Part shown: positions 13,187 through 25,733 of the stretch, piece after piece
Position numbering within the stretch: position 1 is the first letter of the stretch
Layout: each line of letters begins with the position of its first letter
From: Chiloscyllium plagiosum
Lineage: Eukaryota
Direction of reading: 5' to 3'
Assembly: GCF_004010195.1 (NCBI RefSeq)
Contig: NC_057719.1
Span: forward strand, 5,389,029-5,453,028
DNA length: 64,000 nucleotides
Program-made: the position numbers and the translations under genes
Notes under the pieces: generated by a model
Seen by the model: the letters and a program-made list of their open reading frames with translations, nothing else
Told to the model about the DNA's origin: nothing
Databases searched by the model: none

Positions 13187-14115
13187 GAGAAACATAGAAC
13201 ATAGAACTGTACAGCACAGTACAGGCCCTGCGGCCCTCAATGCTGTGCCCACCTTTTGTCCTATTCTAAGATCAAACCAACCTACATACCATACATTTTA
13301 CTATCATCCATGTAGAGTTGCTATCGAAGAGTTGCTTAAATATCCCTAATGTATCTGACTCTACTACCATAGCTGGCAGTGCATTCCATGTACCCATCAC
13401 ATTCTGTAAAGATCCTACCTCTGACATCTCCCCAAAACTTTCCTCCAATCACTGTAAATTAATGCTCCCTCATGATAGCCATCTCTGCCCTGGGAAAAAA
13501 TCTCTGGCTATCCACTCTATCTATGCCTCTCATCATCTTGTACACCTCTATCAAGTCACCTCTCATCCTCCCTTGCTCCCTCAACCTTTCTTCATAAGAC
13601 ATGCCCTCTAGTCCAGGCAGGATCCTGGTAAATCTCCTCTGCATCCTCTCTAAAGCTTCCACATCCTTCCTAAAATGAGGCGACCATAACTGAACACAAT
13701 ATTCCAAGTGTGGTCTAACCAGGACTTTATAGAGCTGCTGCATTACCTCCAGGCGCTTAAACACAATCCCCCTGCTAAGAAAGCTAACACACCATATGCC
13801 TTCTTAACAACCCTATCAACCTGGGTGGCAACTTTGAAGGATCTGTGGACATGGACCCCAAGATGCCTCTGTTCCTCCACACGGCCAAGAATCTTGCCTT
13901 TAACCCTGTAGTGTGCATTCAAATTTGACCTTCCAAAATGAATCACTTCACACTTTTCCAGGTTGAACTCCATCTACCACTTCTCAGCCCAGTTTTGTTT
14001 CCTATTAAAGTCCCGTTGCAACCTACAACAGCCCTCCACACTATCCACAACTCCACCAACCTTTGTGTCATCAGCAAATTTACTAACCCACTCTTCCACT
14101 TCCTCATCCAAGTCA
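13187..14115 (-). mobile_element. CR1 LINE 3' fragment inserted in the pseudo-exon
   Basis: LVRPHLEYCVQLWSP and MEFNLEKCEVIHFG motifs. (TTCTATG)n tail. GTCA at both junctions. Confidence 0.92.
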
Positions 14116-14439
14116 AATGGGAAAGCTATGGGAAACTTTCATGAATTGTCATTCAATTTTCTTTAGACAAAACCTCATGTTCCTGGAGAAACTAAAGCAA
14201 AGCCTCACAAAATAGAACATAATCATGAATTAGGCATGGAAATTCTTCACAGAATGGAATATAAATTTTGACTTAAAATGTTTCAACCTGGGCTGGAACA
14301 TTTGCTGTACAAGACCTGGTTGGTCGCAGTTTGCAACTCATAAATAAATAAATGAATGACGTAAATAGGACCTTTAATGATGTTCCTATAATAGGTAAGT
14401 GTTGCTTCAAAATAATCTTTAACTTGAGGGACCAATCAC

Positions 14440-14708
14440 AGAATTCATAGAATCTCTACAGTGTGCAAACAGGCCATTCAGCCCAACAAGTCCAGACCAA
14501 CCCTCCAAAGAGTAACCCATCCAGACCCATTGACCCACCCTATTACTCTACATTTACCCCTGAGTAATGCACCTAATCCACACATCCCTGAACACTATGG
14601 GCAATTTAGCATGCCCAAATCACCTAACCTGCACATCCTTGGACTGTGGGAGGAAGCCAGAGCACCCGGAGGAAACCCACACAGAAAGGGGGAGAATGTG
14701 CAAATCCA
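14440..14708 (-). mobile_element. HE1-like V-SINE, 5'-truncated
   Basis: V-domain GGAGGAAGCCAGAGCACCCGGAGGAAACCC on the plus strand. Confidence 0.85.
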
Positions 14709-14829
14709 GGGCAAAATGACCTTTTCAAAGTGACAGCATCGTCATATCCAGAACTGGGCCTAAATGTCAGGGGGTGCCTATTTAAGATTGAGATGGTAGA
14801 GACCCTGTCTGAAGGCCATGACTCTGTGG

Positions 14830-15280
14830 ACTGGGACTAATGCCCTTTCGTTGGGGGGGAGGAATGGGGTTATTTGGAAGAGTGGTTGGGGAGGATTTAA
14901 ACAAGTGTGGAAGGGGGATGGGAACCAGAGGAGTAGGGCAGTAAATGCAGGAATTGAGAGAGAGTTAGAAACCAAGGCAAACATGACTAAGAACAGGCAG
15001 GGAAACGTTGCTGAAAAGAGCAGCGGAGGTGGTCTGAAATTCATGTGTTTCAATGCGAGAAGCATAATAGGCCATTAATTACAGCTTTGTTTAGTACTTG
15101 GAACTATGACATTATTTTGATTTCAGAGACTTGGCTAAAAGGGGGACAGGACTGGCAGCTGAATGTCCCAGAATTCAGATGTTTCAGGTGTAATAGGGAG
15201 GTAAAAGAGTGGGGGAGTTGCATTACTGGTAAAGGAATGTCTCACAGCTGTACTGAGGGAGGACCCATCAGAGGACTCAG
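14830..15280 (+). mobile_element. CR1 LINE fragment (ORF1 end to ORF2 endonuclease start)
   Basis: LKFMCFNARSI and TWNYDIILISETWL..QDWQLNVP.FRCFR motifs. Confidence 0.85.
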
Positions 15281-15632
15281 AAGGATACGGCTTCTCAGGC
15301 TCTGGATTTCAACTTTTAATGGTCAAAGTCTCACACTGTGAAGCCACTCTAAGCTGTCATAGTAATATCTGCTCCTGAATCAAGAAACAAAATTATCAAA
15401 ATAAGTGACTTTCAATATTAGTAACTAATAATTCTAATCCATTTCATAACCTTGTAGTTTATAGCCAGCAATATTTACTTGAGTAAAGAAGTAACTTTCA
15501 TATCTTCTGTTTCTTTCTTGTTAAATTGCTGAATTCCCATTTGCTCTGGGATATGATCTGTATCATGAAAGTTTGATACAAATTTAGGCCAGAATTCTTA
15601 GTAACTGATAAACTGTGTTTGTTATTTCTCTG

Positions 15633-17325
15633 TATAGAGTCATAGAGATGTACAGCATGGAAACAGACCCTTTGGCCCAACCTGTCCATGTCGACCAGAC
15701 ATCCCAAACCAATCTAGTCCCAACTGCCAGCACCCGGCCCATATCCCACCAAACCCTTCCTGTTCATATACCCATCCAAAAGCCTCTTAAATGTCGCAAT
15801 TGTACCAGACTCCACCATTTCCTCTGGCAGCTCATTCCATACACGCACCACCCTCTGTGTGAAAATGTTGCCCCATAGGTCCCTTTTATATCTTTCCCCT
15901 CTCACCTTAAACCTATGCCCTCTAGTTCTGGACTCCCCAACTCCAGGAAAAAGACATTGCCTATCCATGCCCCTCATAATTTTGTAAATCTCGATAAGGT
16001 CACCCCTCAGCCTCCGACGCTCCAGGGGAAACTGCCCCAGCTTCTCCCTATGGCTCAATTCCTTCAACTCTGGCAACATCCTTGTAAATCTTTTCTGAAC
16101 CCTTTTAAGTTTCACAACATCTTTCCGATAGGAAGGAGACCAGAATTGCACGCAATATTCCAACAGTGGCTTAACCAATGTCCTGTACAGCCGCAACGTG
16201 ATCTCCCACCTCCTGTACTCAATACAGTGGGCGGCACGGTGGCACAGTGGTTAGCATTGCTGCCTCGCAGCGCCAGAGACCCGGGTTCAATTCCCGACTC
16301 AGGCGACTGACTGTGTGGAGTTTGCACGTTCTCCCCGTGTCTGCNNNNNNNNNNNNNNNNNNNNNNNNNNNNNNNNNNNNNNNNNNNNNNNNNNNNNNNN
16401 NNNNNNNNNNNNNNNNNNNNNNNNNNNNNNNNNNNNNNNNNNNNNNNNNNNNNNNNNNNNNNNNNNNNNNNNNNNNNNNNNNNNNNNNNNNNNNNNNNNN
16501 NNNNNNNNNNNNNNNNNNNNNNNNNNNNNNNNNNNNNNNNNNNNNNNNNNNNNNNNNNNNNNNNNNNNNNNNNNNNNNNNNNNNNNNNNNNNNNNNNNNN
16601 NNNNNNNNNNNNNNNNNNNNNNNNNNNNNNNNNNNNNNNNNNNNNNNNNNNNNNNNNNNNNNNNNNNNNNNNNNNNNNNNNNNNNNNNNNNNNNNNNNNN
16701 NNNNNNNNNNNNNNNNNNNNNNNNNNNNNNNNNNNNNNNNNNNNNNNNNNNNNNNNNNNNNNNNNNNNNNNNNNNNNNNNNNNNNNNNNNNNNNNNNNNN
16801 NNNNNNNNNNNNNNNNNNNNNNNNNNNNNNNNNNNNNNNNNNNNNNNNNNNNNNNNNNNNNNNNNNNNNNNNNNNNNNNNNCCAGATCCTGTTGTAATCT
16901 GAGGTAACCCTCTTCGCTGTCCACTACACCTCCAATTTTGGTATCATCTGCAAACTTACTAACTTACCTCTTATGCTCGCATCCAAATCATTTATGTAAA
17001 TGACAAAAAGTAGTGGACCCAGCACCGATCCTTATGGCACTCCACTGATCATAGGCCTCCAGTCTGAAAAACAACCCTCCACCACCACCCTCTGTCTTCT
17101 ACCTTTGAGCCAGTTCTGTATCCAAATGGCGAGTTCTCCCTGATTTCCATGAGATCTAACCTTGCTAATCAGTCTCCCATGGGGAACCTTGTCGAACGCC
17201 TTACTGAAGTCCATATAGATCACATCTACTGCTCTGCCCTTATCAATCCTCTTTGTTACTTCTTCAAAAAACTCAATCAAGTTTGTGAGACATGATTTCC
17301 CATGCACAAAGCCATGTTGACTATG
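15633..17325 (-). mobile_element. CR1 LINE (RT plus 3' end) with nested HE1 SINE and assembly gap
   Basis: QHGFVHGKSCLTNLIEFFEEVT, DFSKAFDKVPH and [11 protein letters not shown] motifs. Confidence 0.92.
16226..16344 (+). mobile_element. Young HE1-like SINE head running into a gap
   Basis: CpG-retaining GTGGGCGGCACGGTGGCACAGTGGTTAGC...GGGTTCAATTCCCG. Confidence 0.9.
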
Positions 17326-18192
17326 GTCACTTATGTGGCCAAATTCCATCCAAATTCCATCTACAAGTTCGCTGATGACACAGACAAAATACAGGAAAGG
17401 GATTGAATGCTTGGAGACGTGGTGTAAAAGTTACAAACTCCTCTTCAACACCAGCAAAACTAAAGAGCTGATTATTGACTTCAGGAAACAAGAAAGAAGG
17501 GACACCCCTATCTATATCAATGGAGCTGAGGTGGAAATTGTCGAGAGCATCAAATTCCTAGGTGTGATAATCACCAACAATCTGTCCTGGCCCAGCAAAG
17601 TTGATGCAATGATCAAGACGACAAAACAATGCCTCCTCTTCCTCAGGTGGGTAAGGAAATTCAGCATGTCCATAAGGTCTCTCACCAATTATCACAGATG
17701 CACCATAGAAAGCTTTCTATCTGGATGCATCACAGCCTGGTATGGCAACTGCTTGGCCCATGACCATAAAAACCATAGACAGTTGCAAACACAGCCCAGT
17801 CCATCACGTAAATTAACCTTCCATCCATTGACCCCATCTGTACTTTCTCCCTGCCTCAGAAAGGCAGCCAACGTCATCAAAGACCCCTCCCACTCTGGTT
17901 ATATTTTTTTCCGACTTCTTCCATCCGGCAGAAGATACAAAACCTTAAAACACTCATACCACAGGTTCAAGAACAGATTATTCCCTGTTGTTATTAGAGT
18001 TACCAATGGACCTCTCAAATTTCAAATCTAATGTTGATCTTGCTTTTTGTAATCTTCCTTGCAGCCATAACTTTGTATTCCTTGATCTGTTCGATTAACC
18101 AATAATCTTTGTATGTTTTAATCTGCCTGTAATGCACAATAGATAACACTTTTCATTATACCTCAGTACATGTGACAATAATAAATCAAATC
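17326..18192 (+). mobile_element. Rex1/Babar LINE 3' fragment
   Basis: KFADD, KTKELIIDFRK, GCITAWYGNC and LLPSGRRY motifs. Tail GACAATAATAAATCAAATC. Confidence 0.88.
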
Positions 18193-18204
18193 ACTTATCC
18201 CTAG

Positions 18205-18374
18205 GTGATATTGCCAAGTGGAAGTATCTCTAACAGGATGAAAACACAAAACTGTGGGAGACAAGCAATGCTAGGAAATTTAAATGAGTGATTTCCTGGG
18301 TGACGGACAGCATAGCACTTCAGGCAGGAATGCAACCCCTCATCCACTAGAACTCTCATTCCAAAAAATGTATG
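18205..18374 (+). pseudogene. Decayed internal exon
   Basis: Acceptor TTATCCCTAG|. Phase-1 frame (G)DIAKWKYL*QDENTKLWETSNARKFK*VISWVTDSIALQAGMQPLIH*NSHSKKCM. All three stops are one C>T change from CAA/CGA/CAG. Weak donor ATG|GTCATT, phase 0. Confidence 0.65.
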
Positions 18375-18424
18375 GTCATTTTTTGGGAGAATTGGGTACT
18401 CTCTGTCTGAATGATTCATTTCAC

Positions 18425-19935
18425 AAAATCACAGAATTGTTATCGTACAGAATGACCAAAGCACCGAATGTGTTTCTCTGACTGTCTCTCTGTAGCTGGC
18501 ACATTCTTCCTTTTCAATTTACTCTTGAATGCCTCAATTGAGCCTGCCTCCAGTATACCTTCAGGCAGTATATTCCAGATCTTAACAACCCACTGTGTAT
18601 AAAAGTTGCCCCTCATGTTTCCATTGTGTCTGTTACAATTACTTTAAATCTATGTCCTCTCATTCTGTGGGAAAGGTTGCCCTTATCTGTTAAAGAGTCA
18701 TTGAGATATACAGCTTGGAAACAGACTCCTCGGCCCAACTCATTCATGTCAACCAGATATCCTAAATAAATCTAGTCCCATTTGCCAGCATTTAGTCCAT
18801 ATCCCCCAAACCCTTCCTACTCATATAACCATCCCGATGTCTTTTAAGTGTTGTAATTGTACCACCTTCACCACTTACTCTGGCAGCTCATTCCTTACAT
18901 GCATTACCCTCTGCATGAAAAAGTTACTCCTTAGATCCCTTTTAAATCTTTTCCCTCTCACCTTAAACCAGCCTATTCAGCCTCGCCCTGTAGCTCAAAT
19001 CCTTCAACTCTGCAACATCCCTGTAAATCCTTTTAGAACCCTTTCAAGTTTCACAACATCCTTCCTAGACCAGAATTGCATGCAGCATTCCAATAGTAGC
19101 CTAACCAAAGTCATGTGCAGCTGCAACCTGATCGCCCAACTCCTATACTCAATGCACTGACAATAAAGGCAAGCAATACATACTCGTTCACTGTTCTGTC
19201 TACCTGTGACTCCACTTTCAAGGAACTATGAATCTGCATTCCAAGGTTTCTTTGTTCAGCAACACTCCCCAGGACCTTGCCATTAAGTGTATAAGTCCTG
19301 CCTTGATTTGCCTTTCCAAAATGCTGCATCTCACAATTTGTCTAAATTAAACTCCTCGGCCCATTGACCCATGTGTTCAAGAGCCCTCTTTCAGAACCCT
19401 CATGATCTTGAATAATTTGATCACATCACTCCTGAGTCCCTGTCCAAGGAAAACAACTCCATTTCTCCATATACATAACAAATTTTCCTCATCCCTGGAA
19501 TCATTCTTGTGATCTTTTCTGCATTTTCTCCAAAGCCTTCACATCTTCCCTAAAGTGTAGTATACAGAACTGGATGCAATACTCAGTTAGGCCATACCAG
19601 TGTTTTACTGAAGTTTAACATAATCTCTTTTCTCTTGTATGCTTCTATTATTGAAGCCTAATACACGGAATTCTTTATTCATCACTCTCTCAAGCTGTCC
19701 TGCGACGTTGAACGGCCAATGTGAACTCCTGTGTTCCTGCCTCACTTTGAGAATTATACTTTTTATTTTAAATTGTATTTCCATGTTCTTTCGACCAACA
19801 TGAATCACTTCAGACATTTCTGTAATGAATTTGATCTGCCAGTTTTCTGCCCATTCTAACAACCTATGTCTTTTTAAGTTCTACATTATCCACCTTAGTT
19901 TACATGGTTTCTTACCATCTGTGCATTTTGAAATT
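18425..19935 (-). mobile_element. Two nested CR1 3' fragments (inner one about 18695-19385)
   Basis: HFGKANQGRTYTLNG and EWAENWQIKF motifs, with two separate CR1 3' ends. Confidence 0.8.
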
Positions 19936-20126
19936 GTGCCCTGTACATCAAGGTGTAACCTATTCTTCACTCCAGAATCACACAACTGTGGAATTCTTTA
20001 CCTTCCTTAATCTCACAATTTTCTCCTGCAATTTACAGACTTTTAACCAACACACCTCCCCACCCCCTCAGTTTCTTGTCACCTAACCACCACTTCTTGC
20101 TTTTCCTGTTTCTTTCTCTTTTACAG

Positions 20127-20445
20127 GTTTTCAATCTCAATGCTAAATCTGAACTTCGGACTGTGGTTTCTAACCAGTGTTCTCAATGTCCTACGAAAAA
20201 AAAGGTGTGTAATAATCAAATATCCAAAAAACCTTTTCACCTTCACTCTGACTGTACAGTACCTCATTGCTCATCGAAGGATCCAAGTTTTCAGAATCCA
20301 TTGTCAAATGAAAATACTCTTCATGAAAAGGCAGCAAAATAAATAAGATTTCTCAACTCAGTCAAAACTGAATTTAATTAAAGTTTAACCAGGATTACTG
20401 AGGAGATGATTCAGTCACTATTACTTAGCTGCACTTTGTCTAATG
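20127..20445 (+). pseudogene. Decayed internal exon
   Basis: Strong acceptor TTTTCCTGTTTCTTTCTCTTTTACAG|. Reads VFNLNAKSELRTVVSNQCSQCP...HEKAAK*IRFLNSVKTEFN*SLTRITEEMIQSLLLSCTLSN. 319 nt, phase 0 to 1, donor G|GTTAAT. Confidence 0.65.
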
Positions 20446-20689
20446 GTTAATGCTAGTTCACCAATTTTATGGAATTGAAAGATCCAGTTTAGCTGCAAAT
20501 GTTTCTGCCAAGTCATGCTGAGTACAGCAATAACTTTGGACATACCTGCAGTGAGTACAAAGGCCTGTATAATACATAAATTGTCCTATTTTTCCATCAG
20601 AGTATTGGGACGTAGGATGTTGTCCCTTAAAACCGCAGATTGTGACAATTCATGGACTCCCAGCCCATCCATTTATTTTGAGTGCTCGG

Positions 20690-23340
20690 GAGTCTGTGAA
20701 TCATATAGGTTGTGGGCAAATGCAGTGTAATTTGTAGATGGTAGACACAACTGCTATTGAGTGTCAGTGAAGGAATGAATGTTTGTGGATGGGGTGCTAA
20801 TCAAGTGAGCTGTGTTGTCCTGGATATGTTAAGCTTCTTGTGTGTTGTTGGATCTTCACTCATCCAGGCAAGTGAAGAGTATTCCATCACATTCATGAAT
20901 TGGGTCTTATAGATGATGGATAAGGTTGGGAGTCAACAGGTTATTACAACCAGCTGACAATGTTCCCCTGAATACCAATGACTCCAGCTTTATTAAGGAT
21001 CCTCAACGCCACAGTCAAATGCAGCTTTGGTGTCAAGGTCTGACTCCCACACCTGACCTTCAGAATTCAGCTCTTTTGTCTATGATTGAACTAAGCTGTG
21101 GTGAGATCAGGAGCTGAAAGGCCCTGGCAGAACCCAAATTGGGTGTCACTGAGCAGGCCATTACTAAGAAAGTGTTGCTTGATAGCACTGTTGATGACAC
21201 CTTCCATCACTTTTCTGTAGATTAAGAGTAAACGGATGGGATGAAAATTGATTGGGTTGGATTTGTCCACTTTTTGTGGACAAGATAAACCTGGTTAATT
21301 TTCCACACTGTCAAATAGGTGCCAGTGTTTTGGCTGTACAGGAACAGCTTGGCTAGGGGCGTGATAAATTGTGGAGCACGAGTGGTGCTTGACTAATCTG
21401 GAATTTTTTGAGGATGTAACTATGAAGATGGACATGGGACAGCAGTGGATATAGTGTACCTGGACTTTCAGAAAGCCTTTGATAAAGTCCCACATTGGAG
21501 ATTAGTGAGCAAAATTAGGGTTCATGGTATTGGGGGCAAAATACTGACTTGGATTAAAAATTGGCTGACTAACAGGAAGTAAAGAGTAGTGATAAATGGG
21601 TCCCTTTCTGAATGGCAGGCGGTAACCAGTGGGGTACCACAAGGTTTGGTGCTGGGACTGCAACTGTTTACAATATACATTAATGATATAGATGAAGGTA
21701 TCAAAAGTAATATTAACAAATTTGCTGATGACACACAGCTGGGTGGCAGGGTGAAATGTGAGGAGGATGTTATGAGAATACAGGGTGACTTGGACATGCT
21801 AGGTGAGTGGACGGATACATGGCAGATGCAGTTTAATGTGGATAAATGTGTGGTTATTCACTTTGGTGGCAAGAACAGGAAGGCAGATTACTATCTAAAT
21901 GGAGTCAAGTTAGGTAAAGGGGAAGTGCAATGAGATCTAGGTGTTCTTGTACATCAGTCAATGAAAGCAAGCATGCAGGTACAGCAGGCAGTGAAGAAAG
22001 CTAATGGCATGCTGGCCTTCATAACAAGAGGGATTGAATATAGGAGCATAGAGGTCCTTCTGCAGCTGTACAGGACCCTGGTGAGACCGCACCTGGAGTA
22101 TTGTGGGAAGTTTTTGTCTCCAATTTTGAGGAAGGACATTCTGGCTACTGAGGGAGTACAGCGTAGGTTCATGAGGTCAATTCCTGGAATGGTGGGACTA
22201 TGATATGTTGAGAGGTTGAAACGACTGGGCTTGTATCCACTTGAGTTTAGAAGGATGAGAGGGGATCTGATTGAGACGTATAAGATTATTAAAGGATTGA
22301 ACACTCTGGAGGCAGGAAGCATGTTTCCACTGATGGGCGAGTCCAGAACCAGAGGACACAGTTTAAAAATAAGGGGTAAGCCATTTAGAACAGAGTTGAG
22401 GAGAAACTTCTTCACCCAGAGAGTGGTTGACATATGGAATGCTCTGCCCCAGAAGGCTGTGGAGGCCAAGTCTCATGATACTTTTAAGAAAGAGATGGAT
22501 AGAGCTCTTAAAGATAGTGGAATCAAGGATTATGGGGATAAGGCAAGAACAGGATACTGATTGTGGATGATCAGCCATGATCATAATGAATGGTGGTGAT
22601 GGCCCGAACGGTCGAATGGCCTACTCCTGCACCTATTGTCTATTCAGTACTATTGCAGGGGCTGTCAGAGCCCATAGCCATTGCAGCACTCAATATCTTC
22701 AATTGTAATAGCTGAAGACTGGCAACTGCAAAGCTGGGGACTTCTGGAAGACACCATCTACTCGGCACTTATGGCTGAAATTTATTGCAAATGTACCAGC
22801 CTTATCTTTTGCACTGAAGTGCTGGGCTCCCTGTCATTGAAGATCGAGTTATTTGCGGCGTTTTCTTCTTCAGTGAGATAATTGTCCACCACCAGTCATG
22901 AAGGACTGCAGTACTTAGATCTGGATAGTTGGTTACTTATCACTTGCAGCAGCATGAAGTAGTCTTATGTTGTAGCTTCACCAGGTTGACATTCATTTTT
23001 AGTTATGTCTCATGCTGCACCGGTCAGCATTCTCACTAATTTCTTTCTCTTCTACAGGGACCTCTGAGGTCCATGCATGGCAATGAATTCCAGAACTGTA
23101 CAACAATGCTGGGAACAGTGTCTTTTGTACTGTGCGGGAAATGCTGGGCATTAGATTGAGACTGTGTTGGAGTACATTCTTATGAATACTGTCATGGATA
23201 CATATATCTGCATCAAACAGATTTGTGAGAATGAAGTAATGCATTTTTTTCCCTTTGTTTGCTCCTTTACTTGCAGATTCAGTCCAGCAGCCATGTCCTG
23301 TAGAACTCAACTGGGTCAGTCAGTAGTGCCACTGCCAAAG
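20690..23340 (-). mobile_element. Old CR1/L2-type LINE split by a younger CR1
   Basis: Reverse complement of the family at 9520-11270, present at about 20690-21380 and 22645-23340. Confidence 0.7.
21383..22643 (+). mobile_element. CR1 LINE, RT to 3' end, few disablements
   Basis: SGVPQG.VLG, INDIDEGI..KFADDT, LVRPHLEYC and SRTRGH..WNALP motifs. (TATTGTC) tail. Confidence 0.95.
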
Positions 23341-23689
23341 ATGTTTCTAAATTCCAGACTATTATTGAATTCAAATTCCACCATCTGTCATGGAATTTGA
23401 CCAGGTGCCTAGAACATTATCTGGGTCTCTGTATTACTAATCCAACAACAATACCACTGGATATCATAATGTCAGAAAGGTGGCAGCCAATGTGCAAAGT
23501 AGGTTCCACAAACAGCAATGGTAATGTATTTCCGTGACATTTTGCTGAGGGATTAATATTGACTCAGGCCTGCTGGTGAAAGGCCTGTCCTAGCTGAGAT
23601 GTTCTGTCCATGACCAATACCATAACTTGCTTCTGTTTTGTTTCTTTTTAATACTCACATTGGCCATAGTAAGGTTGTTCTTTTATTAT

Positions 23690-24235
23690 TGTGGCGATGT
23701 TTCTCCTTTATCATGGTTATTCTGTCCTTGGTTTTTTTTGAGAGGTGCCGAAATATCTGAACTGGCTACTTTAATAATGGCTAACAGATGCTGCCTAAGT
23801 CAATAATCAGAAAAGGCTCTTAGGTTTTTTAAAAAACACTTGTACAATAAAAGGGGAGTAGCCAGTTGTCCCAGTTCAGGGCTTTTTTTTCTAGTTATGG
23901 GTTAGTTTTTAATTGGGGACCCAAAGGCACAGCTCCATGCTGAACATCTCTCTCTTGTAAGAACCTGTGTTTGAAGTTATCTTTTTTGCCAAGGGGTGTG
24001 TTCATGGGATGTTGTAGGAAAACCAGAATAGCTCTTTGTTAAGTTGCGTTTTCATGTTGGTTGGGTTTTCAGATATGTTATTCTAAATTCGATTTTCTTT
24101 TGTTCATGTATAAATAAATTCTATTTTGTTTAAAACTGAGTAGTTTGACCAGCTGTGTCGCTCCTGGAATATTCAACTTACATCTGCTTAAAACAACTAG
24201 AAATGTTTTGAGGGGGTCTGGCTTGAGCCATAACA
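23690..24235 (+). repeat. 5' LTR of a Gmr1-like Gypsy element
   Basis: TGT...AACA ends and an AATAAA. Similar to the solo LTR at 60798-61402 (TTTGCCAAGG, GAGGGGGTCTGG..CCATAACA). Followed by a PBS. Confidence 0.8.
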
Positions 24236-24238
24236 GAT

Positions 24239-24257
24239 TGGGGGCTCTTGCCAGGAT
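24239..24257 (+). promoter_or_regulatory. Primer-binding site, tRNA-Pro type
   Basis: TGGGGGCTCTTGCCAGGAT versus canonical Pro PBS TGGGGGCTCGTCCGGGAT, 3 nt after the LTR. Confidence 0.75.
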
Positions 24258-24363
24258 TTGTTCTATAGTTTGGATTTGGGATTAGTGGTAGGTGTCAATG
24301 ATTTTTGTTCCAGGCCTTGAACTCAGTTGATTTAAACTGTGCTTGCTGTAGTAATGGCCCTTT

Positions 24364-25733
24364 CAGTCATAGAGATGTACAGCATGGATACAGACCCTTC
24401 GGTCCAACCCGTCCATGCCGACCAGATATCCCAAACCAATCTAGTTCCACCTGCCAGCATCGGGCCCATTTCCCTCCAAACCCTTCCTATTCATATGCTC
24501 ATTCAAATGCCTTTTAAATGTTGCAATTGTACCAGCCTCCACCACCTAATTCCATACACGCACCACCTTTTGCATGAAAAAGTTGCCCCTGAGGTCTCTT
24601 TTATATCTTTCCCCTCTCACCCTAAACTTATGCCCTCTTGTCCTGGACTCCCCGATCCCAGGGAAAAGACTTTGCCTATTTATCCTGTTCATGCCCCTCA
24701 TAATTTTGTACACCTATATAAGGTCACCCCTCAGCTTCCGACGCTCCAGGGAAAAACAGTCCCAGCCTGGTCAGCCTCTCCCTATAGCTCAAATCCTCCA
24801 ACCCTGGCAACATCCTTGTAAATCTTTTCTGAACCCTTTCAAGTTTCACAACATCTTTCTGATAGGAAGGAGACCAGAGTTGCACGCAATATTCCAACAG
24901 TGGCCTAACCAATGTCCTGAACAGTCGNNNNNNNNNNNNNNNNNNNNNNNNNNNNNNNNNNNNNNNNNNNNNNNNNNNNNNNNNNNNNNNNNNNNNNNNN
25001 NNNNNNNNNNNNNNNNNNNNNNNNNNNNNNCCAAATGGCTAGTTCTCCCTGTATTCCATGGGATCTAACCTTGCTAATCAGTCTCCCATGGGGAGCCTTG
25101 TCGAAGACCTTACTGAAGTCCATATAGATCACATCTACTGCTCTGCCCTCATCGATCCTCTTTGTTACTTCTTCAAAAAACTCAATCAAGTTTGTGAGAC
25201 ATGATTTCCCATGCACAAAGCCATGTTGAGTATCCCTAATCAGTTGCTGGAAAATCGCAGCAGGCCAGGCAGCATCCAAGGAACAGGAGAATCGACGTTT
25301 CGGGCATAAGCCCTTTTTCCTGAAGAAGGGCTTATGCCCAAAACGTCGATTCTCCTGTTCCTTGGATGCTGCCTGGCCTGCTGCGCTTTTCCAGCAACAC
25401 ATTTTCACCTCTGATCTCCAACATCTGCATTCCTCACTTTCTTCTATCCCTAATCAGTCCTTGCCTTTCCAAATACATGTACATCCTGTCCCTCAGGATT
25501 TCCTCCAACAACTTGCCCACCACTGAGGTCAGGCATACCAGTCTATAGCTGGCTTGTCTTTACCACCCTTCTTAAACATTGGCACGTTTGCCAACCTCCA
25601 GTCTTCCGGCACCTCACCTGTGACTATTGATGATACAAGTATCTCAGCAAGAGGCCCAGCAATCACTTCTCTCGCTTCCCACAGAGTTCTCGGGTACACC
25701 TGATCAGGTCCTGGGATTTATCCAGCTTTAACC
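24364..25733 (-). mobile_element. CR1 LINE inserted in the Gypsy leader (contains a gap and a Penelope hairpin)
   Basis: QHGFVHGKSCLTNLIEFF and LLEYCVQLWSP motifs. Confidence 0.9.
25245..25444. mobile_element. Penelope-derived short inverted (hairpin) insertion with 14-bp TSD
   Basis: TSD TATCCCTAATCAGT at 25231-25244 and 25445-25458. Inverted arms of about 70 bp. Same sequence as the PLE 3' ends at 3085-3170 and 56598-56720. Confidence 0.85.

Larger units (their letters stand above)
11708..14394 (+). pseudogene. Large decayed exon split by three TE insertions
   Basis: Acceptor TATTTTATACAG| ends at 11707 and a perfect donor AG|GTAAGT starts at 14395. Removing the insertions rejoins protein-like frames: SPEMK/YAALKWCRKVLAE, FRQFAARTA/ELQLLLPQ and LNNRRQ/MGKLWETF. 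Multiple stops and frameshifts. Confidence 0.65.

Noticed and set aside
16112..16924. Long ORFs crossing N runs (also 24574-25408, 52088-52931, 54452-55258)
   Set aside because: Artefacts of translating assembly gaps.
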